DNA of 41,697 bases, taken from the NCBI GenBank assembly GCA_001797815.1, contig MGQK01000094.1, positions 1 through 41,697 of the forward strand, in the 5' to 3' direction. Shown here one piece after another: positions 18,626 to 31,524 of this stretch (position 1 is its first letter; each line of letters opens with the position of its first letter). The stretch is from Deltaproteobacteria bacterium RBG_13_61_14. Its GTDB lineage: Bacteria > RBG-13-61-14. The notes under the pieces were generated by a model. It searched no databases. It saw nothing but the letters and a program-made list of their open reading frames with translations, and had not been told where the DNA came from. A program made the translations under genes and the position numbers.

Positions 18626-19107
18626 GCCCGGGCTTCCAGCAGGACGATGACCTGGGCGGCGATGGCCTCGCCCCGGCCGATCTCGCCGGTCCCCTCCAGG
18701 GTCTTGGCCTTGACGCTGACCCGGTCCGCGCTCACCTTCAGCACCCGCGCCAGGTTCTGGGCCATGGCCGGGAAATGGGGCGAAAGCCTGGGCGCTTCCG
18801 CGATCAGGGTGGCGTCGAGGTTGACCACGCGAAAGCCCTTGGCCTCCACCATCTCCGCCACCCGGCCGAGGAGCAAGAGGCTGTCCGCGTCTTTCCAGGC
18901 CGGGTCGGTGTCGGAGAAGTGCTGGCCCAGGTCGCCGAGCGCGAGCGCGCCGAGCAGCGCGTCGGCCGCGGCATGGCAGAGCGCGTCGGCATCGGAGTGG
19001 CCGAGCAGTCCTTTCTCGAAGGGGATGGTGACGCCCCCCAGCACCAGGCGCCGGCCCTGCGCCAGGCGATGGAGGTCAAAGCCCAAGCCGATGCGGAGGG
19101 CGGGCAT
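18622..19107 (-). CDS. ispF: 2-C-methyl-D-erythritol 2,4-cyclodiphosphate synthase
   Basis: RIGLGFDLH, GHSDAD..HA..DALLGA, GDLGQHF, VKAKT.E. Confidence 0.97.
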   Translation of the reverse strand: MPALRIGLGFDLHRLAQGRRLVLGGVTIPFEKGLLGHSDADALCHAAADALLGALALGDLGQHFSDTDPAWKDADSLLLLGRVAEMVEAKGFRVVNLDATLIAEAPRLSPHFPAMAQNLARVLKVSADRVSVKAKTLEGTGEIGRGEAIAAQVIVLLEARA

Positions 19108-19108
19108 C

Positions 19109-19453
19109 TTAACCGCTTCCCTTGCCCTCGGACAACATAGCTTGGATCTTGGTTTTCAGGTCCGGCAGGTCGTGCTCAACCGCGGACCAGACTTCTTCCA
19201 GGTCCGCAGCAAAGTAGTTATGGACCAGGATGTTGCGCATGGCCACGATCTGGGCCCACGGAATTTCAGGGTGTTGGGCTTTTAAACCTGGCGATAAGCT
19301 TCTGGCCGCCTCGCCGATGATTTGAAGATAATGCACAATCCAGACCTGCAACAGGTCTTCCCGGTCAAAGGCGGCCCTCCCTTGCGCGGAGTATTTGTCA
19401 ATTCGCGTGATCGCCTCCAGGATATCGAGCAGGCGCTCGCGATCATCCCTCAT
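19109..19453 (-). CDS. hepT: HEPN (DUF86) ribonuclease toxin
   Basis: RNILVHNY matches RX4HXY; IIGEAA and EIPW motifs; overlaps the upstream MNT gene. Confidence 0.88.
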   Translation of the reverse strand: MRDDRERLLDILEAITRIDKYSAQGRAAFDREDLLQVWIVHYLQIIGEAARSLSPGLKAQHPEIPWAQIVAMRNILVHNYFAADLEEVWSAVEHDLPDLKTKIQAMLSEGKGSG

Positions 19454-19737
19454 AAGGGCAGGGCCTCGCGCAAGACGCGATCGCGGATACGTTCTTTCAA
19501 TCCGCGCTCGGTGACCACGTCCACTTTGCAGCCGAGCAGCTTTTCCAGATCGAGCAGCAGCGCCGCATGATCAAGGAGGCTTCTCCCCGGTTCCAAATTG
19601 ACGAGAAAATCCACGTCGCTTTCCGGGTCAGCGTCACCGCGCACCACGGAACCGAAAATGCGCAAGTTGGAGGCGCCATGCCGGGAGGCAATCCGTAAGA
19701 TCTCCTCTCGCAACGCTTGGATTTCTTTCAGACCCAT
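19450..19737 (-). CDS. mntA: Minimal nucleotidyltransferase (MNT) antitoxin
   Basis: [15 protein letters not shown] matches GSX10DXD; 95 aa; KVDVV motif. Confidence 0.9.
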   Translation of the reverse strand: MGLKEIQALREEILRIASRHGASNLRIFGSVVRGDADPESDVDFLVNLEPGRSLLDHAALLLDLEKLLGCKVDVVTERGLKERIRDRVLREALPL

Positions 19738-19828
19738 GGATATTATTATACTCCAACTCCTGGCTGGGCGCTTTCTTTAATTCATGATTTTGAATTAATC
19801 ATTCCAACATCCGAGGCCTCAAGCCAGA

Positions 19829-20986
19829 TCAGGGAGACCCGTCCCGCGCGCAACGAAACCCAAAGCAGTTGAACCGAACCCCCGCGAACTCGGCGTTGCG
19901 GTCCGACACGCGCAGGGCCGCCGGATCGTCGACCCAACTGCTCCCGCGCAAAATGTCCTTTTCTTCCACCCATTCCATTACATTCCCCGCCATATCCATA
20001 GCCCCGTAAGGTGAAGCCCCGGCCGGTTTGCTCCCCACCGGCAAAGTCCGACCTATTTCGCAGGCATTGTTATGTGCTAAATTACAATTCGGCGCTGAAT
20101 TACCCCAGGGATACTCTCTTCCATCGGCCCCTTGAGCCGCCTCTTGCCACTCCTGCTCTTTGGGCAGGCGCTTTCCGGCCCATTGGCAATAGGTCCGGGC
20201 CTCCTCCTGGTTGACATAAACCACCGGCTGGTTGGGGGCATCAAACCTGCTTGTCTTCTTGGTTTTCTTGCACCCTCCTCCAGCTACGCATTCCTGAAAG
20301 TCCTGGTTAGTCACTTCATACTTGTCAATGTAGAACTTGAAGTCGGAGACAAAGACCATAGGGCCGCCTTTGGTACCGGGCGGGTGAAATTCTTGGAAAG
20401 TTTTTGGCGAGGGTTGCGCAGGCAAGAATGCCTGCGCCCCTTGAGGAGTTGGCTGCACCCCTGCCGCTTGTGGCAGTTGCGGAATGGGCACGGATTCGCC
20501 AAAGTGGTTTCTGACCTTGACTCCGGCCGCGGCGACCAGAAGATCGAGCTGGTCTTCGGTGCAGGCGCATTCCACCCGGTCGCTGTAATCCATGGCGCTG
20601 GTTTTCACGTCCACCAGGTCAAAGGTCATGAGGTATCGTGATCCCAATTTGCTCAACTCGACGACCATCATTTTTTGGGCCTGGACCAATTTCCCGATTT
20701 CCACCTGGCACATGGTCGAATCGCACAAGTCGGACATATTCATCGCCTGTCGTTTCATGACCTCTTCAAGCATGCTTTCCTTGATCACGATCAGGTTGGG
20801 GGACTTGGTCAGCTCATTGGTCAGGAGCGAGGTCAGGGTGGCGGCCAGCGATTTTTCCACCGCGCCCACTGCCTTGAGCGGATAAACCGCCACGCTGGTC
20901 TTGGCCGGAGGAGCGGCCGGAGGGGCTTGGGCCATGAAAGCCAGGGCCGCCAGGGCCAGGCTCAATCGTTTCAGAATCATTTTCAT
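19829..20986 (-). CDS. Secreted FGE-sulfatase (SUMF1/CLec-fold) domain protein with N-terminal CsgG/TolB-N-like domain
   Basis: Signal peptide (MKMILKRLSLALAALAFMAQA); IDKYEVTN, RLPKEQEW, YPWGN, DMAGNVMEW, RGSSW...GFRC. Confidence 0.85.
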   Translation of the reverse strand: MKMILKRLSLALAALAFMAQAPPAAPPAKTSVAVYPLKAVGAVEKSLAATLTSLLTNELTKSPNLIVIKESMLEEVMKRQAMNMSDLCDSTMCQVEIGKLVQAQKMMVVELSKLGSRYLMTFDLVDVKTSAMDYSDRVECACTEDQLDLLVAAAGVKVRNHFGESVPIPQLPQAAGVQPTPQGAQAFLPAQPSPKTFQEFHPPGTKGGPMVFVSDFKFYIDKYEVTNQDFQECVAGGGCKKTKKTSRFDAPNQPVVYVNQEEARTYCQWAGKRLPKEQEWQEAAQGADGREYPWGNSAPNCNLAHNNACEIGRTLPVGSKPAGASPYGAMDMAGNVMEWVEEKDILRGSSWVDDPAALRVSDRNAEFAGVRFNCFGFRCARDGSP

Positions 20987-21004
20987 GGAGTCAACAATCC
21001 GCGA

Positions 21005-21072
21005 GGCAGACAAGAATGTCTGCCCCACCACATTTCTTTTCCCTATATACGACATACTACATACGACATACT
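21005..21072. repeat. REP-like palindrome followed by ATAC(G/T)AC heptamer array
   Basis: GGCAGAC-AAGAAT-GTCTGCC at 21005-21024; ATACGAC-ATACTAC-ATACGAC-ATACT at 21047-21072. Confidence 0.75.
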
Positions 21073-21075
21073 TTT

Positions 21076-21762
21076 TCAGGGATGGCGGAACAACGCCTCG
21101 GCCATCAGCAGGTCGTCGGGAGTGGTGATCTTGAGGTTTCTGGGGTCGCCGGGCACGATCCGCACCCGCACCCCGAGGCGTTCGAGCAGGACCGAGTCGT
21201 CGCTGCCGACAAAGTTATCGGCCAGGGCCTGCTCATGGGCGCGGACCAAGAGGTCCTTCTTGAAGGCCTGGGGGGTCTGGATCTGCCAGAGCATGGAGCG
21301 GGGCAGGTTCTCGGAAATCCGGCGCTCCTGGTCCACCAGCTTGATGGTGTCCGCCGGCTGGATCGCCGCGGTGGCGGCGCCGTCCTTTTCCGCGGCCTGG
21401 ATCACCGCAATCAGCACCGCATTGGACACCAGCGGCCGCGCCGCATCGTGCACCACCACCAGCTCGCACTCCAGGGAAAGCTGCTGCAAGCCGGCCCGCA
21501 CCGAATCTTGCCGCTCCTCCCCGCCCGGCACCACCAGGCAGGGCTTGCCCAACGGATACTCCTCCTGCAACAGGGTCTGGGTGAATTGCAGGTGGTCGGC
21601 CGGCACCACCGCGATCAGCTCGTCCACCTTCGGGCAGTCCGCCACTCGCTGCAGGCTGTGGAACAGGATGGGCCGATCGCCCAGCATCAGGAATTGCTTG
21701 GGCACGTCCCCTTTCATCCGGGAGCCTTGCCCGCCCGCCGCCACAATCGCCGTTACCGCCAT
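21076..21762 (-). CDS. ispD: 2-C-methyl-D-erythritol 4-phosphate cytidylyltransferase
   Basis: AAGGQGSRM, PKQFL, GGEERQDSV, VHDAARP, QTPQAF, NLKITTPDD. Confidence 0.97.
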   Translation of the reverse strand: MAVTAIVAAGGQGSRMKGDVPKQFLMLGDRPILFHSLQRVADCPKVDELIAVVPADHLQFTQTLLQEEYPLGKPCLVVPGGEERQDSVRAGLQQLSLECELVVVHDAARPLVSNAVLIAVIQAAEKDGAATAAIQPADTIKLVDQERRISENLPRSMLWQIQTPQAFKKDLLVRAHEQALADNFVGSDDSVLLERLGVRVRIVPGDPRNLKITTPDDLLMAEALFRHP

Positions 21763-21841
21763 GCCTTCCCCTCGCGCCCGAACTCCGAGACCCCGGATTC
21801 GGACCGCCCGTTGCTTCAGCCGGGACTCGGTCTCCGGCTCC

Positions 21842-22177
21842 TCACGCCCCTGGGCCCGCCGGTTCTCCGGTGATCAGCGCCCGGATCCGGTCCAGGTCGG
21901 CCGGGGCCAGCTCCACAAACTCGATGGCCATGCCCGGCGGGTCGGCGCCGACGGCGCCGGCCTCATGGATCACCCGCACCACCCGACCGCGGCCCCGGAT
22001 GGGGGGATAGCGATCTAAAAGCTTCAGTTCAAAATTGACGACGCTGCCCAGCCGGCGGGGACGATTGGTCATCATATACAGCCCGCCCTCGCTGATATTG
22101 TGGCACTGCCTGGGGTGTTCGAGCCGGATCCGATCGAACCGACGCCTTTCATTCTTGCGCTTGGCCTGCGCGCCCAT
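21842..22177 (-). CDS. Stand-alone PilZ domain protein (c-di-GMP receptor)
   Basis: RRFDR (RxxxR) and NISEGG (N/DxSxxG), GRVVR, GMAIEF; AGGAG RBS. Confidence 0.88.
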   Translation of the reverse strand: MGAQAKRKNERRRFDRIRLEHPRQCHNISEGGLYMMTNRPRRLGSVVNFELKLLDRYPPIRGRGRVVRVIHEAGAVGADPPGMAIEFVELAPADLDRIRALITGEPAGPGA

Positions 22178-22187
22178 TACCCTCTCC

Positions 22188-22787
22188 TTATGCCTTGGTC
22201 AATTCCCGGACCATCTCGTCTTCCATGAGATAAGTGAGCTGGTCCTGGATTAAATCTCCCAGCTCCCGCGCCTTGTCCTCCGCCAGCGCCGAGCCGGCTT
22301 CCGCGCCCGCCCGGCGCAACTGGTCCTCCAAAAGCCCCGCCAGCATTTTCAAGTCCGCGATCTCCTGTTCCCGCTGGTGCAGGATTTTCTCCAACTCGCG
22401 CCGGCGCTCTTCTTTCTCCCGGACCTGGCCCTGCAACTCGAGAAGCCGCCGCTCTTTCTCCTTCACCACTTCCCGGTGCATGAGCATGAAGGTGTTCAGC
22501 GATTTCTCCACCAGCGAGAGTGCCCGGTCGGTCCGTAACATCAACTCCTGCGAGGCCGCCGGCGGTTGAAATTCCGGGCTGGCGACCGGCTCTGGCTCGA
22601 ACGCCGCGGCTGGCGCCGGCTCGGGCGGAACCACCTCTTCTTCACCCGCCCAGAGGTAATTGAGTCCATCCACCCGCTTTTTCACCAGTTCCCCGGCCTC
22701 CACTCGTTTCTGCACCGTGGCAAGGGGCAGACGGAAACGTTCCGCGTATTCGCGCAAAGTGAACCATTGGCCGGCAGCCTTCGCCAT
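22188..22787 (-). CDS. Hypothetical protein with N-terminal MerR/excisionase-like HTH and C-terminal coiled coil
   Basis: AAGGAGG RBS; WFTLREYAERFRLPLATVQKRVEAGEL; long heptad-like helix. Confidence 0.7.
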   Translation of the reverse strand: MAKAAGQWFTLREYAERFRLPLATVQKRVEAGELVKKRVDGLNYLWAGEEEVVPPEPAPAAAFEPEPVASPEFQPPAASQELMLRTDRALSLVEKSLNTFMLMHREVVKEKERRLLELQGQVREKEERRRELEKILHQREQEIADLKMLAGLLEDQLRRAGAEAGSALAEDKARELGDLIQDQLTYLMEDEMVRELTKA

Positions 22788-22942
22788 CTTTGCCTCCTTG
22801 GCAAGTATAAGAATTTTTGCGATAAGTTGCAAGGCTTCCCCTCGCCCGGTTCCTTTTCCAGCGCTCGGTGATAAAAGCCTTGTTTTTTCATGAACCCTCT
22901 TCTATAATGGGATGCAAGATTGCCCGGGTGAGCCCGAATTTT

Positions 22943-23067
22943 ACGGCGCTAAGTCCTTCGATTCATAAGTTCGATGATGAACTTAGTTACTCGGCTCGAC
23001 TGCATTCGGCAAGCTCATGCCCCGAGTTGGTCGAGGGGAGCTCGCCGAAGTCAGGACTTAGTGCCGT
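22943..23067. repeat. Nested inverted-repeat element in a divergent intergenic region
   Basis: Outer arms ACGGCGCTAAGTCCT / AGGACTTAGTGCCGT (14/15); inner arms TTCGGCAAGCTC (23005) / GAGCTCGCCGAA (23038) (11/12). Confidence 0.7.
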
Positions 23068-23148
23068 TCGGAGTGAGCAAATTAGCTGTTGCAAGTTGAC
23101 GGAATATATGATTGTATTTGCGAATCGAAGCACTAAGGAGATGAGCGC

Positions 23149-23697
23149 ATGGCCAAGGACGGATTGAAACAGTACGTGGCCAAAGACGCGGCCCAATTCA
23201 CCGATCGGGTGAAGTATGTCTGGGAAGAGGGCGTGGATATCGCCCTGGACCAGTGGGATTCGTTCCAGAAGCTGGAACCCAAGTTCCAGGCGGCCATTGC
23301 CGGAGGGGCGGCGTTCCTGGTCTTGATCGTGGTCGTGGTGATCCTGGTGGCCAGGGGACCGGCGGAGATTCCGGTGATTGCCAGTTATGACCAGACCGGC
23401 GTGCTCGGAGAAAATTTCATGGTGGTGGAAAACGACAGCGAGGAGCCGCTTTTGAATTTGACTTTGGTGGTGGATAACGCTTACATCTTTCAGATTCCGG
23501 AACTCACTCCCTACGGGCAAGCCAAGATCCGATTGAGCCAGTTCCATCACCTGGTCGGCAACCTGGAAGAGGGGGCCACGGTTACCGAGGCCTTCCGCCC
23601 CCAGACGATAGTCGTCCATCTGGACGACACGACCAAGACCATCGAGCTGGTCAAGCGGAAAAAAGGCTTTTTCGAGCGTTGGCTGGGGGGAGGGTAG
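23149..23697 (+). CDS. Hypothetical single-TM membrane protein
   Basis: TAAGGAG RBS; one strongly hydrophobic segment followed by a beta-rich domain. Confidence 0.75.
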   Translation: MAKDGLKQYVAKDAAQFTDRVKYVWEEGVDIALDQWDSFQKLEPKFQAAIAGGAAFLVLIVVVVILVARGPAEIPVIASYDQTGVLGENFMVVENDSEEPLLNLTLVVDNAYIFQIPELTPYGQAKIRLSQFHHLVGNLEEGATVTEAFRPQTIVVHLDDTTKTIELVKRKKGFFERWLGGG

Positions 23698-23700
23698 ACC

Positions 23701-23991
23701 ATCGCCGGCCTGACCTGCGACCGTTGCGGCGAGCCGATCCCTGAGGGTCGCACCGCCTATTTAATCAGCATCACCCTGGTGGCCGACTTCGACGGCGCGT
23801 TGCCGGTGTCGGTTTCCCAGGCAGAGCGGGCTGCGCTCTGGCAAGAGATCGAGTCCCGCAGCCAAGAAGATCTGGAGAAGGATGTCCACGAGCGCCAAAG
23901 CTACATCCTTTGCCGCGATTGTCGCGAGAGATGGGCTTCCGACCCCCTGGGCCGGGGCATAAGCCGGGAGAACCCGGGCCGGGTTCATTAG
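23701..23991 (+). CDS. Small protein with two CxxC motifs (putative zinc-binding); probable non-canonical ATC start
   Basis: The frame is open from 23698: (I)AGLTCDRCGEPIPEG...ILCRDCRE. GGAGG lies 7 nt before ATC 23701. The GTG start at 23779 would drop the first CxxC. Confidence 0.65.
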   Translation: MAGLTCDRCGEPIPEGRTAYLISITLVADFDGALPVSVSQAERAALWQEIESRSQEDLEKDVHERQSYILCRDCRERWASDPLGRGISRENPGRVH

Positions 23992-24031
23992 CCGGCAGAG
24001 CTCCTGACCGGAAGTATACGCCAAGGAGCGG

Positions 24032-26662
24032 GTGCTGGACATGATTGCCAAAGCTAAAACACAGATCCAACATTGGATCTCACTCACCACCTTCCTGGGT
24101 ATTGGTCTCCTCATTCTCTTCGCCCTGGTGGTCTCGCCCGCCATTAATCGGATCAATGTTTTCACCATCATCGGTTGGACCCTGGGCTTTGCCGCCATTC
24201 CCACCGCGATCATGATCGCGCTCCATTTCCGGCAGATGGGGAAGCGCTTCCAGAGCATTGCGGTTTACCTAGAAACTCCGGCCGGTGCCTCCGCTCCGAT
24301 TTCAGGCCAGGAAGCCTTGACCCTGGCCTTGAATTTCCCGGTGGAAATGCCGGCCTTGGGGATCCTCGCCTGGGCCGTGGGCGGCGGCGCCGGCATGGTC
24401 GGAACCTGGTGGTCCACCGACCGGGTCCCGGCCTGGGCGGACATCGGCAGCATGTATGTTTCCATCCTGTCCAGCGCCGTCATCATCGCGGTCTTCCAGT
24501 TCTTCCTTTTCCGCCGCGTGCTCGATCCCCTGGTCGGAGAGATTATCCACCGCGAACCCCAACTCCTGGATCACGACCTGCGCCTGCGCCGCACGCCTTT
24601 GCGCATGGTCATGCTCATCAGCATCGTCCTCATCGTCTTCATCTCCCTGTTCTTCTCCACCCTGGCCGGCTACCGCCAGGCGGCCGCCACCCTGCAGACC
24701 TGGATCGGCCGCTCCTTCATCCCCGAAGTGATCAGCCTGGTCGGGATGGTCGAGAACTACAACTTAACCGATCCTGAGAGCCGGGTCCGCGCCCTGGAAT
24801 CACTCCAGGCGGCCTCTCCGGCCGGCCAGCGGGAAATCCTTCTCTTTGAAGGCAGCCATTGGAAGACCAACTTGATCACCGGCCAGCCCCATGGATTGCC
24901 CAAGGTGGCTATCGCCACCATCCAGACCCTGTGCTCCGAATCGCCCGAGCATACCGGCACCACCTATGACCCCTTCTATCAAAACATCAGCGTCTTTTCC
25001 TGTTTCCCGCAAAAGGATCCGGACGGGGCCGAGGAAACCTATTACCTGGTGGTTAATTATCCTTGGAAGAATTACAGCCACTACTTGGACAACCTCTTCC
25101 GGGTCTCCCTGATCCTGCTTTGCGGCACCCTGGTCATCGCCTCGTTAATGGCGGCAGTGGTCGCCCGCGACCTGGCCTATCCCATCAAGCGCCTGGGGGA
25201 ATTCACCGTCGAGGTGGCGGAAGGCCGCATCCAGGAAGACGTCTTTTTCTACGCCAACGACGAGGTGGGCGACTTGGCCAAGAGCCTGCGCCAGATGGCC
25301 AAGGGGCTGCGCGCCATCATCCTCCGCATCGGCGACGCGGCCCGAAGCCTGGACCTGGCCACCACCGCCATCACCGAGACCTCCCAGGTGGTGGACCGGG
25401 GCGCCCGCGGGCAGGAGCAGGCGGTGGAAGAGGCTTTTACTTCGCTCATGGAAATGAACATGAACCTCCAGGGCATCGCCGAAAACGTGGAGACCCTCTC
25501 CGCCGGCGCGGAAGAAAGCTCGTCCTCCATCTTCCAGATGAGCGCCTCGGTCAAGCGCATCAACGAGGCCATGGAAAGCCTTAACTCGTTCATCAACGAC
25601 AGCTCCTCGTCCATCAACCAGATGACCGTGGCCATTGACCAGGTCGCCGGGAACGTGGTCAACCTCTCCGCCATCACCGAACAGACCGCCTCCAGCATGG
25701 CCGAGATGGACCAGGCCATCCGGGAAGTCGAGCTCGGCGCCAACGAGACCGCCAAGCTGGCCGAGAACATGAGCTTAAAGGCCGAGGAAGGCATGCGCAC
25801 CGTGGCCAAGACCTCGGAGAGCATGCGCCAGATCGCGGAGGTGGTCCGCCACGCCCAGGGAGTGATCAACCGCCTGGGCGAGCGCGCCGAGGAAATCGGC
25901 AAGATCGTGCAGGTGATTGACGAGGTGGCGAGTCAGACCAACCTGCTCGCGCTCAACGCCGCCATCATCGCCGCCCAGGCTGGCGAGCACGGCCGCGGGT
26001 TTGCCGTGGTCGCCGACGAGATCAAGCAACTGGCCGACCGCACCGCCGGCTCGACCCGCGAGATCACGCTCCTCATCCAGGGCGTGCAAGCCGAGTCCGA
26101 GCAGGCGGTGGGCGCGGTTCAGGCCGGCGCCAAGAGCGTGGGCGAGGGCATTACCCTGGCCGAGCAGGCCCGCGATTCCTTGGGCAAGATCGTGGAAAGC
26201 ACCGTCCAGGCCACCAACCGGGTCAAGGAAATCGCCCACGCTTCCCAGGAGCAGACCGCTTCCAGCCGCCAGGTCTCCCAGGCCATTGACCAGGTAGCGG
26301 ACCGCGTCAACCAGATTTCCATCTCGACCCAGGAACAGTCCAAGGGCGGCGCCCAGATCCTTAAAGCCACCGACGAGATGAAGCAGAATTCCGCCCAGGT
26401 CAAGCGCACCACCGAGGAGCAGCTCCAGGGCTCCCGCCTCATCACCAAGTCCATCGAGAACATCACCGACATGCTCTTCAACATCAACAGCGCCCAGCAG
26501 GAGCAAAAGAAAGGCTCCCAACTGGTAATCCAGCTCATGGAGCGGATCAAGCAGGTCACCCAGCAAAACGTGGATAGCGCCAACCGTCTGCGCGAGGTGG
26601 TCCGCCAGCTCCAGGAGCAGTCCACCTCGCTCCGCTCCGAAATGACTCGCTTCAAGGTTTAG
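24032..26662 (+). CDS. Methyl-accepting chemotaxis protein (multi-TM, HAMP, long signalling domain)
   Basis: [34 protein letters not shown]; HAMP DEVGDL; start is GTG 24032 or ATG 24041. Confidence 0.95.
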   Translation: MLDMIAKAKTQIQHWISLTTFLGIGLLILFALVVSPAINRINVFTIIGWTLGFAAIPTAIMIALHFRQMGKRFQSIAVYLETPAGASAPISGQEALTLALNFPVEMPALGILAWAVGGGAGMVGTWWSTDRVPAWADIGSMYVSILSSAVIIAVFQFFLFRRVLDPLVGEIIHREPQLLDHDLRLRRTPLRMVMLISIVLIVFISLFFSTLAGYRQAAATLQTWIGRSFIPEVISLVGMVENYNLTDPESRVRALESLQAASPAGQREILLFEGSHWKTNLITGQPHGLPKVAIATIQTLCSESPEHTGTTYDPFYQNISVFSCFPQKDPDGAEETYYLVVNYPWKNYSHYLDNLFRVSLILLCGTLVIASLMAAVVARDLAYPIKRLGEFTVEVAEGRIQEDVFFYANDEVGDLAKSLRQMAKGLRAIILRIGDAARSLDLATTAITETSQVVDRGARGQEQAVEEAFTSLMEMNMNLQGIAENVETLSAGAEESSSSIFQMSASVKRINEAMESLNSFINDSSSSINQMTVAIDQVAGNVVNLSAITEQTASSMAEMDQAIREVELGANETAKLAENMSLKAEEGMRTVAKTSESMRQIAEVVRHAQGVINRLGERAEEIGKIVQVIDEVASQTNLLALNAAIIAAQAGEHGRGFAVVADEIKQLADRTAGSTREITLLIQGVQAESEQAVGAVQAGAKSVGEGITLAEQARDSLGKIVESTVQATNRVKEIAHASQEQTASSRQVSQAIDQVADRVNQISISTQEQSKGGAQILKATDEMKQNSAQVKRTTEEQLQGSRLITKSIENITDMLFNINSAQQEQKKGSQLVIQLMERIKQVTQQNVDSANRLREVVRQLQEQSTSLRSEMTRFKV

Positions 26663-26775
26663 GTCAAGCCACCCGTGTTGCGCGTCCAGTCCCCCTGTCG
26701 TATCAGACTGGATTTCCTTGCCATTTTTCCATCCCACCAGGCCTAGGCTCAAAAATGAACCCCAATCAGACCTAG

Positions 26776-26822
26776 CCTCTACATCTTGTTATCCTACTTG
26801 AAAAAAATACTAGGAATAGTAT
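26776..26822. promoter_or_regulatory. Putative tandem NrdR boxes upstream of smc
   Basis: CCTCTACATCTTGTTA (26776-26791) and the palindromic ATACTAGGAATAGTAT (26807-26822), 31 bp apart. Confidence 0.55.
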
Positions 26823-26829
26823 TTTTCCC

Positions 26830-26857
26830 TTTACAATTTTTTTTTCTTTGTTATAGT
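26830..26857 (+). promoter_or_regulatory. Sigma70-type smc promoter
   Basis: TTTACA, 16-nt spacer, TATAGT with an extended -10 TG. Confidence 0.6.
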
Positions 26858-26911
26858 TAGACCAATTGGGACAAATGTGACCTAGACTAGGACGCGGAGG
26901 GCTGATCTTCG

Positions 26912-30479
<3,568 letters not shown>

Positions 30480-30481
<2 letters not shown>

Positions 30482-30609
30482 TGCACAGTGCACGGTGCAC
30501 AGTGGACAGTGAAAGAAAACGTGAACCTGAACGTGGACGAATGAAAGGTATATCGTATGTAGTATGTTGTACAGACTTTTTTCAATCTGTTCACGTTCAG
30601 GTTCACGTT
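30480..30609. repeat. Composite short-period repeat and hairpin between convergent genes
   Basis: Four RGTGSAC heptamers from 30480; AACGTGAACCTGAACGTGGAC (30518-30538) versus GTTCACGTTCAGGTTCACGTT (30589-30609), 20/21 complementary; TCGTATG-TAGTATG in the loop. Confidence 0.8.
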
Positions 30610-30707
30610 CAAGGTCTCAAGCCTCCTGCCTTTCCCATCAGCCCTGTTTGGCTTCTGCAATGGCCTGGGCCAGTTCATCGGCCCGTTGCGATCCGATCAT
30701 GAAGTTT

Positions 30708-31511
30708 TTACCGTCGGTCAGTTCCAGGAGCGCGCCCCGGCACGGGTTTGCGGGCGGAGATCAGAAGAGAGCCGGCGATTTCGAGCAACAGCGGGATGGC
30801 TTCCAGAATTTTGCCGACGACGGAAACGAACGGGATCAGAGCGGGCGGGATGGCGGGGTGGAGGAAGTCGAAGGGGGTGATGGCGACCTGGGTGAAGCCC
30901 AGCTCCTGGAGGAGGCGGCGGAGGCGGAAGCGGACGAAGGCGGTCTCATCGGCCGAGTCGCCGGCCCAGCGCCGGAGCCGGGGAATTTTTCTTTGCAGGA
31001 ACATCTGGGGGTTGAGCAGGTTGGGCTCGGCAAAGGCCAGGGCCGCGCCGGGCCGGAGCAAGCGGAAGCTTTCGCGGAGCGCAGGGGCGAGGTCGAGGTG
31101 GTGGAGCACTGAGTTACCCACCACGGCATCGAAGCTCTGGTCGGGAAAAGGAAGTTTGTCTGCGGTAGCGGGCAGGTAAAGGATCTTTTCGCCCGGGTAA
31201 GTCTGAACCGCGAGCGCGATCAGCTCGGGCGAGAGGTCGGTGGCGATGATCTCGGCGCCGGAGCGGCGGTATTTCTCGGTAAAGAAGCCGTTGCCGCAGC
31301 CGATTTCGAGCACGCGGAGTCCGGGTCGAAGCCCCGCAGCCCGGACGCACAGCTCGGCCCTCCGCTCGGCCCGCACCCGGCCGGCCGCAGAGGACCAGCC
31401 CCAGCGCTCCTCGGCCCGCGCCCCCACCTCCCGTGCGTAAGCTCGCTCCCGCTCCTGGCGCAAGCTTGGGTGGTTGTTTTCGTTAAGTTTAAAGTTTAGA
31501 CCTGACCCCAT
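30708..31511 (-). CDS. Class I SAM-dependent methyltransferase
   Basis: VLEIGCGNG, LPFPDQSFDAV, LHH, RLLRPG. The start is uncertain because the ATG lies within a GGGGTCAG repeat motif. Confidence 0.85.
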   Translation of the reverse strand: MGSGLNFKLNENNHPSLRQERERAYAREVGARAEERWGWSSAAGRVRAERRAELCVRAAGLRPGLRVLEIGCGNGFFTEKYRRSGAEIIATDLSPELIALAVQTYPGEKILYLPATADKLPFPDQSFDAVVGNSVLHHLDLAPALRESFRLLRPGAALAFAEPNLLNPQMFLQRKIPRLRRWAGDSADETAFVRFRLRRLLQELGFTQVAITPFDFLHPAIPPALIPFVSVVGKILEAIPLLLEIAGSLLISARKPVPGRAPGTDRR

Positions 31512-31524
31512 TTGACTAGTTGAC

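Noticed and set aside
23695-23697. Genome-wide TAG recoding (pyrrolysine or alternative genetic code)
   Set aside because: TAG ends several clearly complete genes here (smc, the first MCP, the second TMTC paralog, the peptidase), and no pyl genes are visible.
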